Source: a virus (Duplodnaviria; Heunggongvirae; Uroviricota; Caudoviricetes). Taken from it: 27,135 nucleotides of DNA. Below, one piece after another: positions 14,036 through 22,370 of this stretch. Both the position numbers and the translations under genes were made by a program. The stretch is taken from the IMG/VR virus record IMGVR_UViG_2529292920_000017, one strand, 5' to 3'. Position 1 is the stretch's first letter; each line of letters starts with the position of its first letter. Below the pieces are notes generated by a model. It was given only the letters and a program-made list of their open reading frames with translations, searched no databases and was not told where the DNA came from.

Positions 14036-14872
14036 ATGGCTAATGAAAAAAAGACATCCCGCAAAAAGTTTCGCGTGGCTGTCTCCGGATCAACTGTTGA
14101 TGGCCGTGAAATCAGTCCGGTGCATCTGCGTGAAGCCGCCGAGAACTTCAACCCGGATGTTTACGCTGCCCGCGTGAACGTTGAGCACTATCTCTCGCCA
14201 TGCCCGTCAAGCGAATTTTCCGCAATGGGCGATGTCACCGCACTGAGTACGGAAGACATTACGGAAGGTCCGCTGGCCGGACGTACTGCGCTGTATGCAG
14301 AAATCGAACCGACCGAGCGCATGAAGCAGCTTGTTGCGGACGGCAAGAAAATCTATTCCAGTATCGAACTGCACCCGCAGTTCTCCGTTAACGGGCGCGC
14401 CTATCTGGTCGGGCTGGCGATGACCGACACCCCGGCAAGCCTGGGCACTGAGCGCCTGAAATTCACGGCACAGCAACGTCAGGCGGTGATGACGTTTAAC
14501 AGTATCCAGGGTGAAGCGCCGCTTATCTCCGAAGCCATCGAGTCTGAAATCATCGAAATGGCAGAACAACGCCAGGAAGAAGGCACCCAGTGGTTTAACC
14601 GCGTAATGGGGATTATTGGCCGTGGCCGCAAAGCGGATGACGCCAGTTTTTCCCGTATTCAGGAAGCGGTGGAAGGCGTCGCAACGTCACAGGCCGACAT
14701 TATCGACCGTTTTAATGTGCTGGAAACCCGCCATCAGCAGGACCGCCAGAAAATTACGTCACTGACCACAGAGCTGGCAGCACTGAAGGAAAAACTGCGC
14801 ACGCAGGACGGCGATCCGCAGAACCGCTTCACCGCAACGGGCGCAGCCTCCGACCAGCTGGCCGACTTCTGA
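14036..14872 (+). CDS. O: capsid scaffolding protein (P2 gpO family)
   Basis: ORF track 14003..14872; start placed at ATG 14036 because AGAGGGG lies 8 nt upstream (no RBS before 14003). MANEKKTSRKKFRVAVSGSTVDGREI resembles the P2 O N-terminus. About 278 aa. Confidence 0.85.
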   Translation: MANEKKTSRKKFRVAVSGSTVDGREISPVHLREAAENFNPDVYAARVNVEHYLSPCPSSEFSAMGDVTALSTEDITEGPLAGRTALYAEIEPTERMKQLVADGKKIYSSIELHPQFSVNGRAYLVGLAMTDTPASLGTERLKFTAQQRQAVMTFNSIQGEAPLISEAIESEIIEMAEQRQEEGTQWFNRVMGIIGRGRKADDASFSRIQEAVEGVATSQADIIDRFNVLETRHQQDRQKITSLTTELAALKEKLRTQDGDPQNRFTATGAASDQLADF

Positions 14873-14895
14873 TTAGACAAAGGAGCAAATTTTTT

Positions 14896-15948
14896 ATGAA
14901 TCTGGTGATGTCAGATATTACCCGCAACAAGCTGGGTTGCTATATGGCGCAGCAGGCGTCGCTTAATAATATCCCGGTATCTGCACTGGTGTCGCGATTT
15001 ACCGTGGAACCCGCGGTGCAGCAGCGTTTTGAAAACGCCTCAAAGGAAAGTACCGAATTTACGAAAAGAATTAACGTGATCGGCGTGACCGACCAGAAAG
15101 GCGAAAAAATCCTCCTGGATACCACAGGACCGATTGCGCGCACGAATACCAGTTATGACGGCACAAAACGCCGTAACCCGAATAACGTGGTTGATCTGAA
15201 AAACCGCAAATATCAGTGTGAACAGGTGAACTACGACACGTTTATTTCGTATCCGCAGCTTGATGCCTGGTCGGCACACCCTGATTTTCAGTCCCGCATC
15301 AGCGCACAGATTGCCCGACAGGTGGCGCTTGACCGCATCATGATCGGTTTCAACGGCACGTCTCACGCGGATGAGTCCAACTTCAGCACCAACAAGCTAC
15401 TTCAGGACGTTAACGTGGGCTGGCTGGAGCACATCAGAACCGACGCCAGCGAACGCGTTATGAATGACGTGACGCTGACCTCCCGCAACATGGACAACAC
15501 CGTGGCGCACGCGGGTAAGTATGCGAACGCTGATGCACTGGTACAGGACGCGCGTTCATCCCTGCTGGATGAATGGCACAAGGAAGCTGACGACCTCGTG
15601 GTGATTATGGGGCGCAACCTGTTTAACTCGCTGCGTCTGCCCGTGCTGAACAGCATCAGCGGCCAGAATCCCAATGCGGAATTACTCGCCGGGCAGCTCA
15701 TCCTGTCATCGCGCACCATTGGCGGGCTGGGCGTGTTCCTTGCGCCGTTCTTCCCGGATGCAACGATGCTGATCACCTCGTTCAACAACCTGTCGATTTA
15801 CTGGCAGAAAGGTTCAATGCGTCGCCTGATGAAAGACGAGCCGGAATACAACCGCATCGCCACCTACCAGTCCATCAATGACGCTTATGTCGTTGAAGAC
15901 TATGGCAAGTGCGCGATGGTTACTGGCCTGAAGTTCGCCGACAGCTAA
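14896..15948 (+). CDS. N: major capsid protein (P2 gpN family)
   Basis: ATG at 14896 with AAGGAG 8 nt upstream; 350 aa. Contains FTVEP...INVIGVTDQKGEKI, matching the P2 N N-terminal region as recalled; position is after the scaffold gene. Confidence 0.9.
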   Translation: MNLVMSDITRNKLGCYMAQQASLNNIPVSALVSRFTVEPAVQQRFENASKESTEFTKRINVIGVTDQKGEKILLDTTGPIARTNTSYDGTKRRNPNNVVDLKNRKYQCEQVNYDTFISYPQLDAWSAHPDFQSRISAQIARQVALDRIMIGFNGTSHADESNFSTNKLLQDVNVGWLEHIRTDASERVMNDVTLTSRNMDNTVAHAGKYANADALVQDARSSLLDEWHKEADDLVVIMGRNLFNSLRLPVLNSISGQNPNAELLAGQLILSSRTIGGLGVFLAPFFPDATMLITSFNNLSIYWQKGSMRRLMKDEPEYNRIATYQSINDAYVVEDYGKCAMVTGLKFADS

Positions 15949-15957
15949 TCAACTCAC

Positions 15958-15976
15958 GGCGGGCATCATGCCCGCC
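15958..15976 (+). other. stable stem-loop immediately downstream of the major capsid gene
   Basis: GGCGGGC-atcat-GCCCGCC inverted repeat 10 nt after the capsid stop. No T-run follows, so this is more likely an RNA-stabilising hairpin or partial terminator than a full intrinsic terminator. Confidence 0.4.
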
Positions 15977-15993
15977 TGTAACGGAGAGAAAAA

Positions 15994-16794
15994 ATGATTA
16001 CTCCTGCACAACAACACTGGCAGAACGTGATGGCACAGCGCGCAGGCCGGGCGAATGAAGGCGTGGACCACGCCGCGCGTACCGCGCATGAAGAGGTGCT
16101 GTATCGTCTGCGTCTGGCACAGGCCCGGCTTAAGGGCGTACAGGCCAGAAGCGCGAAAGCCGCCATCAAAAAAGAGTTGTTGCCGGATTTTTCCGGCTGG
16201 ATTGAGGGAACGCTGGAGGCTGACGGCGGGCAGCAGGATGAAGTGATTGCCACGCTGATGGTGTGGGCGATTGACTGTGGCGATCTTCCGCTTGCGCTGC
16301 GTATCGGCGCGTATGTAGTCCGTCACAACCTCATCATGCCGGATAACTTTGGCCGTACTGCTGCCACGGTACTGGCCGAAGAAATCTGTAATCCGGTACT
16401 GACGCAGGCCGGGACGGATGCCGACGCGGATTTGTCCGCCTTTATCGAACCACTGGACACCCTCCGGGAGATTGTCACCGACCAGGACATGCCGGACGAA
16501 GTGCGCGCCAAATTATGCAAAGCGTGCGCCTTTGCCCGCCGTGGCCTGAGTGATGCGGACAGCATGGCCCTGTCACTGAAGCTGCTGCGCGAAGCAATGC
16601 ACCTGAACCCGAACGCAGGTGTGAAACGCGAGATTGCAACCCTTTCCCGCGCCCTGAAAAAAGCCGATTCCGCAGCCGAACCAGAAGACGCCAGCGCACA
16701 GCAGGCGCAGGACGAAAGCAGCAAAAGTAAAAAGACAACGCGGAAGCCTGCAACACGAAAAACCACCGCGACGCAGAAGGCGAAGCGCGGTTAA
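15994..16794 (+). CDS. M: terminase small (endonuclease) subunit (P2 gpM family)
   Basis: ATG at 15994 with ACGGAGAG upstream; 266 aa; position after the capsid gene as in P2. C-terminus is basic and low-complexity. Confidence 0.8.
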   Translation: MITPAQQHWQNVMAQRAGRANEGVDHAARTAHEEVLYRLRLAQARLKGVQARSAKAAIKKELLPDFSGWIEGTLEADGGQQDEVIATLMVWAIDCGDLPLALRIGAYVVRHNLIMPDNFGRTAATVLAEEICNPVLTQAGTDADADLSAFIEPLDTLREIVTDQDMPDEVRAKLCKACAFARRGLSDADSMALSLKLLREAMHLNPNAGVKREIATLSRALKKADSAAEPEDASAQQAQDESSKSKKTTRKPATRKTTATQKAKRG

Positions 16795-16897
16795 CGACTG
16801 ACCCCGTCAGCGGGCGGCGTGCGCGGTGTTCCGGTTTGACTCCGTGACCGTTTACACCGCGCACCCACCGCCCGATTTTTTTTCAGGAGTGAACCCC

Positions 16898-17392
16898 ATG
16901 ACTATGGTTGCCAGAACTGAACCCGGACCCGCAGAGGACGACATCACCGATACCGATGATGGCGATACCCGCATTTCAGCGGGTGCATTCTGGCCGGATA
17001 TTGTGCTGCGCGAGCTGCGTCTGGCGGTACGACTGCCGGGGCGCGTGACCACCTCCCGCCTGCTGCATACTGCCACCGGGGCTGTGGCACACGTTACCCG
17101 CGAGCTGGAAGCATGGCAGCAGGAACAGCAGGCAGCTGGCCATCAGACGCTGGCCGATGTTCCGGCACCCGTAATTAACGGAGAAAGCGTCAATCTCTGG
17201 CACTGGCGCAATGCTGTTTATACCGCCACGCGCGCCCTGATTCTGGAGCGTTATCGTGATGCAGACACTACGGACAAGGGCGACCGCCGGGCGGACGCTC
17301 TGGATATACAGACATCGGATTTGTGGCGTGATGTGAGCTGGGCCATCTCTGACATTCTGTGCCGCCCGCGAATCTTTGCGGAGTTGTGCTGA
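16898..17392 (+). CDS. L: head completion/stabilisation protein (P2 gpL family)
   Basis: ORF track 16826..17392; start placed at ATG 16898 with AGGAGTG 6 nt upstream. About 164 aa, the size and position of P2 L. Confidence 0.8.
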   Translation: MTMVARTEPGPAEDDITDTDDGDTRISAGAFWPDIVLRELRLAVRLPGRVTTSRLLHTATGAVAHVTRELEAWQQEQQAAGHQTLADVPAPVINGESVNLWHWRNAVYTATRALILERYRDADTTDKGDRRADALDIQTSDLWRDVSWAISDILCRPRIFAELC

Positions 17393-17592
17393 TGAAAGTG
17401 AAGGCACTGGAAGGCGACACCGTGGATTCGCTCTGTTTCCGGTACTACGGCACGACGCAGGGCGTCACCGAAAAGGTGCTGGATGCCAACCCCGGACTCT
17501 GTCAGCAGGTATTTCTGGACGCCGGGCAGGAAGTGGAGATGCCGGAGCCGGAGAAGAAGAAACGAGAAATGATTCAGTTGTGGGGGGAGTAG
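17392..17592 (+). CDS. X: tail protein X (LysM-like)
   Basis: ATG at 17392 overlaps the gpL stop (TGATG). 66 aa: MKVKALEGDTVDSLCFRYYGTTQGVTEKVLDANPGL, a LysM-like pattern as in P2 gpX. Confidence 0.8.
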   Translation: MKVKALEGDTVDSLCFRYYGTTQGVTEKVLDANPGLCQQVFLDAGQEVEMPEPEKKKREMIQLWGE

Positions 17593-17594
17593 CA

Positions 17595-17918
17595 GTGAGC
17601 ACCATTCAAACAGGGATCACAGAGCAGGTTATTGCGTGGCTCTTTGACCACCTGCCAACGGTGTATGCAGTAGGCGCGGCGGTCAGCATTTCCGCGCTGA
17701 TGAGTCTTTATGACGGACGAACACTGGTTCAGACCGTAACGGGATCGCTGGCGTGCGGCGTTCTTGCCATGGCCGTGGCCGGGTCGTTGCGCTTCTTCGG
17801 TTTTCCTGAAGATGCCGTGACGTTTATCGGCGCATCAATCGGTTTTATGGGGGCAGAGAAAGCACGCGACAAGGTTATTGCGGCCTTTAATCGCAGGGTG
17901 AAGGAGAAGGACGAATGA
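17595..17918 (+). CDS. putative holin
   Basis: In-frame GTG at 17595 with GGGGGGAG 5 nt upstream. About 107 aa with three hydrophobic segments and a charged C-terminus (RRVKEKDE). Sits directly before the endolysin with overlapping stop/start. Not similar to P2 Y as far as I can recall. Confidence 0.6.
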   Translation: MSTIQTGITEQVIAWLFDHLPTVYAVGAAVSISALMSLYDGRTLVQTVTGSLACGVLAMAVAGSLRFFGFPEDAVTFIGASIGFMGAEKARDKVIAAFNRRVKEKDE

Positions 17919-18307
17919 GCAACACATTTAAATTCAGCAGCCGGAGCGAAAAGAATTTGCAGGGCGTAAATCCTGATCTGGTGAAAGTGACCCGACGGGC
18001 ACTGGAAATCTCGGAAGTGGATTTTGGTATCACCGAAGGGTTGCGCAGCCGTTACCGCCAGAAGCAACTGGTGACCACGGGTAAGAGCCAGACCATGAAC
18101 AGCCGCCACCTTACGGGGCATGCCGTGGATGTTGTGGCTTATATCGGCAGCCAGGTGTCATGGGAATGGCCGCTGTACGAAAAAATCGCAGCAGCATTCA
18201 GACAGGCCAGCCGGGAACTGAATATTCCGGTGGAATGGGGCGGCGACTGGAAAACCCTGAAAGACGGACCGCATTTTCAGTTACCACACGGAGCCTATCC
18301 GGCATGA
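17915..18307 (+). CDS. endolysin, peptidase M15 family (L-alanyl-D-glutamate peptidase type)
   Basis: ATG at 17915 with AAGGAGAAGG upstream; 130 aa. SRHLTGHAVDVVAY and the distal PHFQLPHG (His/Asp zinc ligands) fit the small M15 phage endolysins. This differs from the P2 gpK lysozyme. Confidence 0.75.
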   Translation: MSNTFKFSSRSEKNLQGVNPDLVKVTRRALEISEVDFGITEGLRSRYRQKQLVTTGKSQTMNSRHLTGHAVDVVAYIGSQVSWEWPLYEKIAAAFRQASRELNIPVEWGGDWKTLKDGPHFQLPHGAYPA

Positions 18308-18711
18308 AGCTCTGGCCCACGCTTGGCGTCGCTTTCCTTCTGATTGCCGGATGGGGAACATCCATGCGTCTGTCGTGGTCGCTGGGCCGGGAGAACGCCA
18401 GAAACGAAGCGCAGGCCAGCACCCTGAAAAGTACCGCCGACACCCTGAATATCATCAGCGCCGGGGTACAGGATATGCAGCAGGTGCTGGCGCAACTCCG
18501 CGTGGAAAATCAACAGAGAAATCAGGACGGAGAGGCCAGACGTGAACAGCTACGCAACGATATTGCAAAAGATGAATGCGCCCACGCTTTGCCTGACGCT
18601 CGTTTTACTGACAGGTTGCGCAGGCACGCAGAACGCGCCACGGCCAGCGCCGTCAGTCCGGCTTATACCGCAGACGCTGACCATACCGGTAATGCCTCCC
18701 CCCTTCCCTGA
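18304..18711 (+). CDS. i-spanin (Rz/LysB-like)
   Basis: ATG at 18304 overlapping the endolysin stop. N-terminal hydrophobic anchor MKLWPTLGVAFLLIAGWG, then a charged coiled-coil-like region. Position after the endolysin as for P2 lysB. Confidence 0.7.
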   Translation: MKLWPTLGVAFLLIAGWGTSMRLSWSLGRENARNEAQASTLKSTADTLNIISAGVQDMQQVLAQLRVENQQRNQDGEARREQLRNDIAKDECAHALPDARFTDRLRRHAERATASAVSPAYTADADHTGNASPLP

Positions 18712-18862
18712 CACTCCCACATGGGGAAATCTCGGTATATGGGGCGACCGCCTTCTGGATGCACTTGAAACCTGTAACGCGGATAAACGGGCCATTGAAT
18801 TACTGGAACAGCGCAGGCTGCAACGACTGAACAACGAGGATAACAACCATGCTGAAAACTGA
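18572..18862 (+). CDS. o-spanin (Rz1/LysC-like lipoprotein)
   Basis: ORF track 18542..18862 (GTG); ATG at 18572 gives MNAPTLCLTLVLLTGCAG with lipobox L-T-G-C. Proline-rich mature part. Starts inside the i-spanin gene in another frame and extends past it. Confidence 0.7.
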   Translation: MNAPTLCLTLVLLTGCAGTQNAPRPAPSVRLIPQTLTIPVMPPPFPDTPTWGNLGIWGDRLLDALETCNADKRAIELLEQRRLQRLNNEDNNHAEN

Positions 18863-19316
18863 TTCCCTGCGTGAAGCCATGACCCGTTCATGCCGATGGT
18901 GTCAGGCTAACCCGGAAAAATTCACCATTTTCGTGGAGAGCGGCAACATTGAAACGACCGGAGAAACGCCCTCGTTTGTTTACCGCTATCAGATGGTGAT
19001 GTTTGTCATGGATTACGCAGGAGAGCTGGACGACCTCACGCTGCCGCTGCTGGCGTGGTTATCCGAAAATCAGCCACAGTTGTTGCTCAATCCGGAGCGT
19101 AATCAGGACATCAAATTTTCCGCCGTTATCAATGACGATGACAGCGCCGATCTCCTGTTTACGCTCCCCCTGCGGGAACGCGTTCGCATCACGCGCAACA
19201 GTCAGGGCACACCGCAGGCAGAACACCTGCCGGAGCCAAAACCCCGTCTGCCCTCTTCCGAAGGCGACTGGTCGCATGTATTCCAGGATGTGACGTGGGG
19301 TGAAAGCGATGGATAA
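18849..19316 (+). CDS. R: tail completion protein (P2 gpR family)
   Basis: ATG at 18849; 155 aa, the length and position of P2 R. Confidence 0.8.
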   Translation: MLKTDSLREAMTRSCRWCQANPEKFTIFVESGNIETTGETPSFVYRYQMVMFVMDYAGELDDLTLPLLAWLSENQPQLLLNPERNQDIKFSAVINDDDSADLLFTLPLRERVRITRNSQGTPQAEHLPEPKPRLPSSEGDWSHVFQDVTWGESDG

Positions 19317-19944
19317 GGCATTCACCCGCGTGGATGAAACCTTTGAGGCCATCCGCGACAGCCTGAATCAGCAGGCCATCAATAACATCGCCAGAAAGCT
19401 GGCACAGGATTTACGCCGCGCCCAGCAGGCACGTATCCGGTCACAGAAAGCGCCGGACGGGACCGCGTGGACACCTCGCAGACGCCGCGTAACCCGGATA
19501 CAGGAGCGCATTCGCTTTATCTGGAATAACGAAGCACGCACGCTGAAAAACTGGCATCACGACACGGGGAAATACGGGCGAACCATTACCGGGTGGGATG
19601 AGGATAAAAACAATATCCGCACGTTTTACCGGGATGACATCGACCGTTTTCTGGAAATACGCACCCGGCGCATCAACCAGGACAGCACAAAGCGCGTCCC
19701 CATGTTCGTAAAACTGCGCACCGCCCGCTACCTGAAAGCCCGTGCAGATGCTTCCGGTGTGACGGTGGGTTACAGCGGCGTGGCCGCACGTATTGCACGC
19801 GTTCATCAGTTCGGTGAGCGCGATCAGGTTGCGCCGGGCATTTTCACCGATTACCCGGTACGTGAGCTGCTGGGTATCAGCCAGGCAGATGAACGCCTGA
19901 TTTATAACACGGTGCTGGGCCGGATTGCGGAGGCTGTACGGTGA
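19309..19944 (+). CDS. S: tail completion/virion morphogenesis protein (P2 gpS family)
   Basis: ORF track 19300..19944 begins at GTG; ATG at 19309 overlaps the gpR stop. 211 aa, longer than P2 S (about 150 aa). Position between R and V. Confidence 0.7.
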   Translation: MDKAFTRVDETFEAIRDSLNQQAINNIARKLAQDLRRAQQARIRSQKAPDGTAWTPRRRRVTRIQERIRFIWNNEARTLKNWHHDTGKYGRTITGWDEDKNNIRTFYRDDIDRFLEIRTRRINQDSTKRVPMFVKLRTARYLKARADASGVTVGYSGVAARIARVHQFGERDQVAPGIFTDYPVRELLGISQADERLIYNTVLGRIAEAVR

Positions 19945-20522
19945 GCGCAGAACTCATGCGACTGCTGAGCAACATCATTCGCACCGGGATCATCTCTGAA
20001 GTTGATGAGAAGTCCTGGCGCGTGCGCGTTCGCAGCGGCGAACTGGAAACAGGCTGGTTGCGCTGGAACACCACGCGCGCGGGAGCCTTCAATGTGTGGC
20101 TGCCGCCATCACCAGGCGAACAGGTGGTAATTGCCTGCATTGGCGGCAACCCGGAAACCGCCATGATAATTGGCAGCCTGTGGAGTGATGCCATTCCGGC
20201 CCCCGGCAAAAGCCTGAAAGAAATCGTGGTCAGCGCGCCGGATGGCGCGGTGTTCCGCTACGACGCGGCCGCAGGCGCACTGAGCGCCAGCGGCATGAAA
20301 ACAGCCACCCTGCAGGCATCCGTCAGTGTGACACTGGATACGCCTGTCGTGGAATGCACAGACCTTCTGAGAACAGCGACGCTTGACGTCACAAAAGGGG
20401 GAACGATGAGCGGCAATATCACGCACAGCGGCGGCAATTTCACCTCAAACGGCATCACAGTGCATACGCATAAACACGGTGGCGTTAAAGGTGGCAGCGA
20501 TTCGACAGGAGGCCCGCAGTGA
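19941..20522 (+). CDS. V: baseplate spike/assembly protein (P2 gpV family)
   Basis: GTG at 19941 overlapping the gpS stop (GTGA). IIRTGIISEVDE near the N-terminus and C-terminal GNITHSGGNFTSNGITVHTHKHGGVKGGSDSTGGP parallel P2 V (IRTGII..., GNIEHTGG...HTHKHPGDSGGTTG) as recalled. Confidence 0.85.
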   Translation: MSAELMRLLSNIIRTGIISEVDEKSWRVRVRSGELETGWLRWNTTRAGAFNVWLPPSPGEQVVIACIGGNPETAMIIGSLWSDAIPAPGKSLKEIVVSAPDGAVFRYDAAAGALSASGMKTATLQASVSVTLDTPVVECTDLLRTATLDVTKGGTMSGNITHSGGNFTSNGITVHTHKHGGVKGGSDSTGGPQ

Positions 20523-20869
20523 CAACCCGCTACACAGGAATGAACCAAGACGGAACGGGAAACCTGAACGATATGGAGCACCTGAAACAGTCAGTCAGGG
20601 ATATCCTGACCACCCCGCTGGCAAGCCGGGTTATGCGACGGGAATATGGCAGCCTTGTGCCTGATTTGATTGACGAACCCATGAATAACACCACGCGTCT
20701 GCAATGCATGAGTGCTGCCGTGATTGCACTGACACGATGGGAACCCCGCATTGCCCTGGATGCCATCGACGTTGTCTGGAAAGCGGGAGGCCGCGCCGGG
20801 GTGACGCTGTCGGGCACTGTCATGCAGACCATGCAGAATGTTGAATTAACCATCACGCTGAGGGAGTAA
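20519..20869 (+). CDS. W: baseplate wedge protein (P2 gpW, gp25-like)
   Basis: GTG at 20519 overlapping the V stop. MTTRYTGMNQDG...RVMRREYGSLVPDLIDEP parallels the P2 W N-terminus (MTARYLGMN...RVMRRDYGSL). 116 aa. Confidence 0.85.
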   Translation: MTTRYTGMNQDGTGNLNDMEHLKQSVRDILTTPLASRVMRREYGSLVPDLIDEPMNNTTRLQCMSAAVIALTRWEPRIALDAIDVVWKAGGRAGVTLSGTVMQTMQNVELTITLRE

Positions 20870-20872
20870 ATC

Positions 20873-21769
20873 ATGCCCGCCGTTGACCTTTCACAGTTAC
20901 CGGAACCCGCCATCATCGCGGAGCCTGACTTTGAAGCAATTCTGGCGGACACAAAGGCCATGATGATTGCGTCCTATCCCGCCGAACAGCGTGAAGCCGT
21001 TTCCGCCGCGCTGGAGCTGGAATCGGAACCCCTTAACGTTATCGCTCAAACCATGTCGTTTCGTGAAATGCTGTTACGCCAGCGGGTTAACGAGGGCGCA
21101 CGCGCCTGCATGTTAAGCCACGGTTCAGGGACAAACCTGGACAACCTCGCGGGCAATATGAACACAAAGCGCCTGGTTATCACTCCGGCAACGGATACCA
21201 CCGACGCGGTGATGGAGAGCGACACATCACTGAGACTGCGGGCGCAACGGGCGTATGACGGCCTGAGCGTTGCTGGCCCATCGGGCGCATACGAATATTT
21301 TGCCCGCAGCGCCAGCGGTCTGGTGCGTGATGCGCGGGCCATCAGCCCGTCTCCGGCCTGTGTGACGGTTTCCATCCTGTCCACTGAGGGCGACGGCACA
21401 GCAACGGAGGCGTTGCTTAATACCGTTCGCGCCGTTCTGAATGCAGAGGATACCCGCCCGGTGGCCGACCGCCTGACCGTACAGAGCGCCAGAATCGTGA
21501 CATGGCGGCTGAATGCAAAACTGTACTTTTACCCCGGCCCGGAATCCGAACCTATTCTGGCCGCGGCTGAATCGTCGTTCAGGAAGTGGCTGGATGAACA
21601 GGGGCTTATCGGTCAGGACGTGGCGTTGTCCGCCATTGCTGCCGCACTGCATGTGCACGGTGTGCAACGCGTGGAGATAATCGAACCCACACAGAATATG
21701 GCCATCAGCGACATACAGGCGGCGCGCTGTGAGTCATTCACCATCAGCGAAGGTGGACGCAATGAGTAA
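20873..21769 (+). CDS. J: baseplate assembly protein J
   Basis: ATG at 20873; 298 aa. MPAVDLSQLPEPAIIAEPDFEAILADTKA parallels P2 J (MPIIDLNQLPAPDVVEELDFESILAERKA). Confidence 0.9.
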   Translation: MPAVDLSQLPEPAIIAEPDFEAILADTKAMMIASYPAEQREAVSAALELESEPLNVIAQTMSFREMLLRQRVNEGARACMLSHGSGTNLDNLAGNMNTKRLVITPATDTTDAVMESDTSLRLRAQRAYDGLSVAGPSGAYEYFARSASGLVRDARAISPSPACVTVSILSTEGDGTATEALLNTVRAVLNAEDTRPVADRLTVQSARIVTWRLNAKLYFYPGPESEPILAAAESSFRKWLDEQGLIGQDVALSAIAAALHVHGVQRVEIIEPTQNMAISDIQAARCESFTISEGGRNE

Positions 21770-22370
21770 TTCGTTGTTACCACCATCAGCCAGCAATTTC
21801 ATGCGTTGTGCCGAAGCCGTCGGAACACGCATTACAGACATTCCGGTAGACCTCAACACGCTGTGGTCGCCGGACACCTGCCCGGTGCATCTGCTGCCTT
21901 ATCTCGCCTGGGCGTTTTCCGTTGACCGCTGGGATCGCAACTGGCCGGAAGAGACAAAGCGACAGGTGATTCGTGATGCATGGCTGATACACCGACACAA
22001 AGGGACCATCAGCGCACTGCGAAGAGCCGTGGAGCCTCTCGGCTACCTGATTGAAGTAAAGGAGTGGTGGCAACTCAACGAGGAGCCAGGAACATTTCGC
22101 ATTGTTGTCGGAGTACTTGATCAGGGCATCACCGATGAAATGTATCAGGAACTTGAGCGCCTTATTGCGGATGCAAAACCAGTAAGTCGCCATCTGACGG
22201 GGCTGGCGATCAGCCTGAGTGTGAACGGAAAGATTTTCGTTGGTACGGGATGCTATCACGGCGATGCCCTGACGGTTTATCCCTACACCCCGGAGTCCAT
22301 TATTGTCGAAGGGGATTATTTCCCTGCCCCGGCCATTCATTTAATTGATAATCTGAGAGTAAACGCATGA
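21762..22370 (+). CDS. I: baseplate protein I
   Basis: ORF track 21729..22370; ATG at 21762 overlaps the J stop. LWSPDTCPVHLLPYLAWAFSVDRWD...ERLIADAKPVSRHL matches P2 I as recalled. Confidence 0.85.
   Translation: MSNSLLPPSASNFMRCAEAVGTRITDIPVDLNTLWSPDTCPVHLLPYLAWAFSVDRWDRNWPEETKRQVIRDAWLIHRHKGTISALRRAVEPLGYLIEVKEWWQLNEEPGTFRIVVGVLDQGITDEMYQELERLIADAKPVSRHLTGLAISLSVNGKIFVGTGCYHGDALTVYPYTPESIIVEGDYFPAPAIHLIDNLRVNA

Noticed and set aside
15949-16864. Minus-strand ORFs 15949..16326, 16323..16766 and 16475..16864
   Set aside because: Antisense to the small terminase gene, with no RBS or recognisable motifs; spurious.
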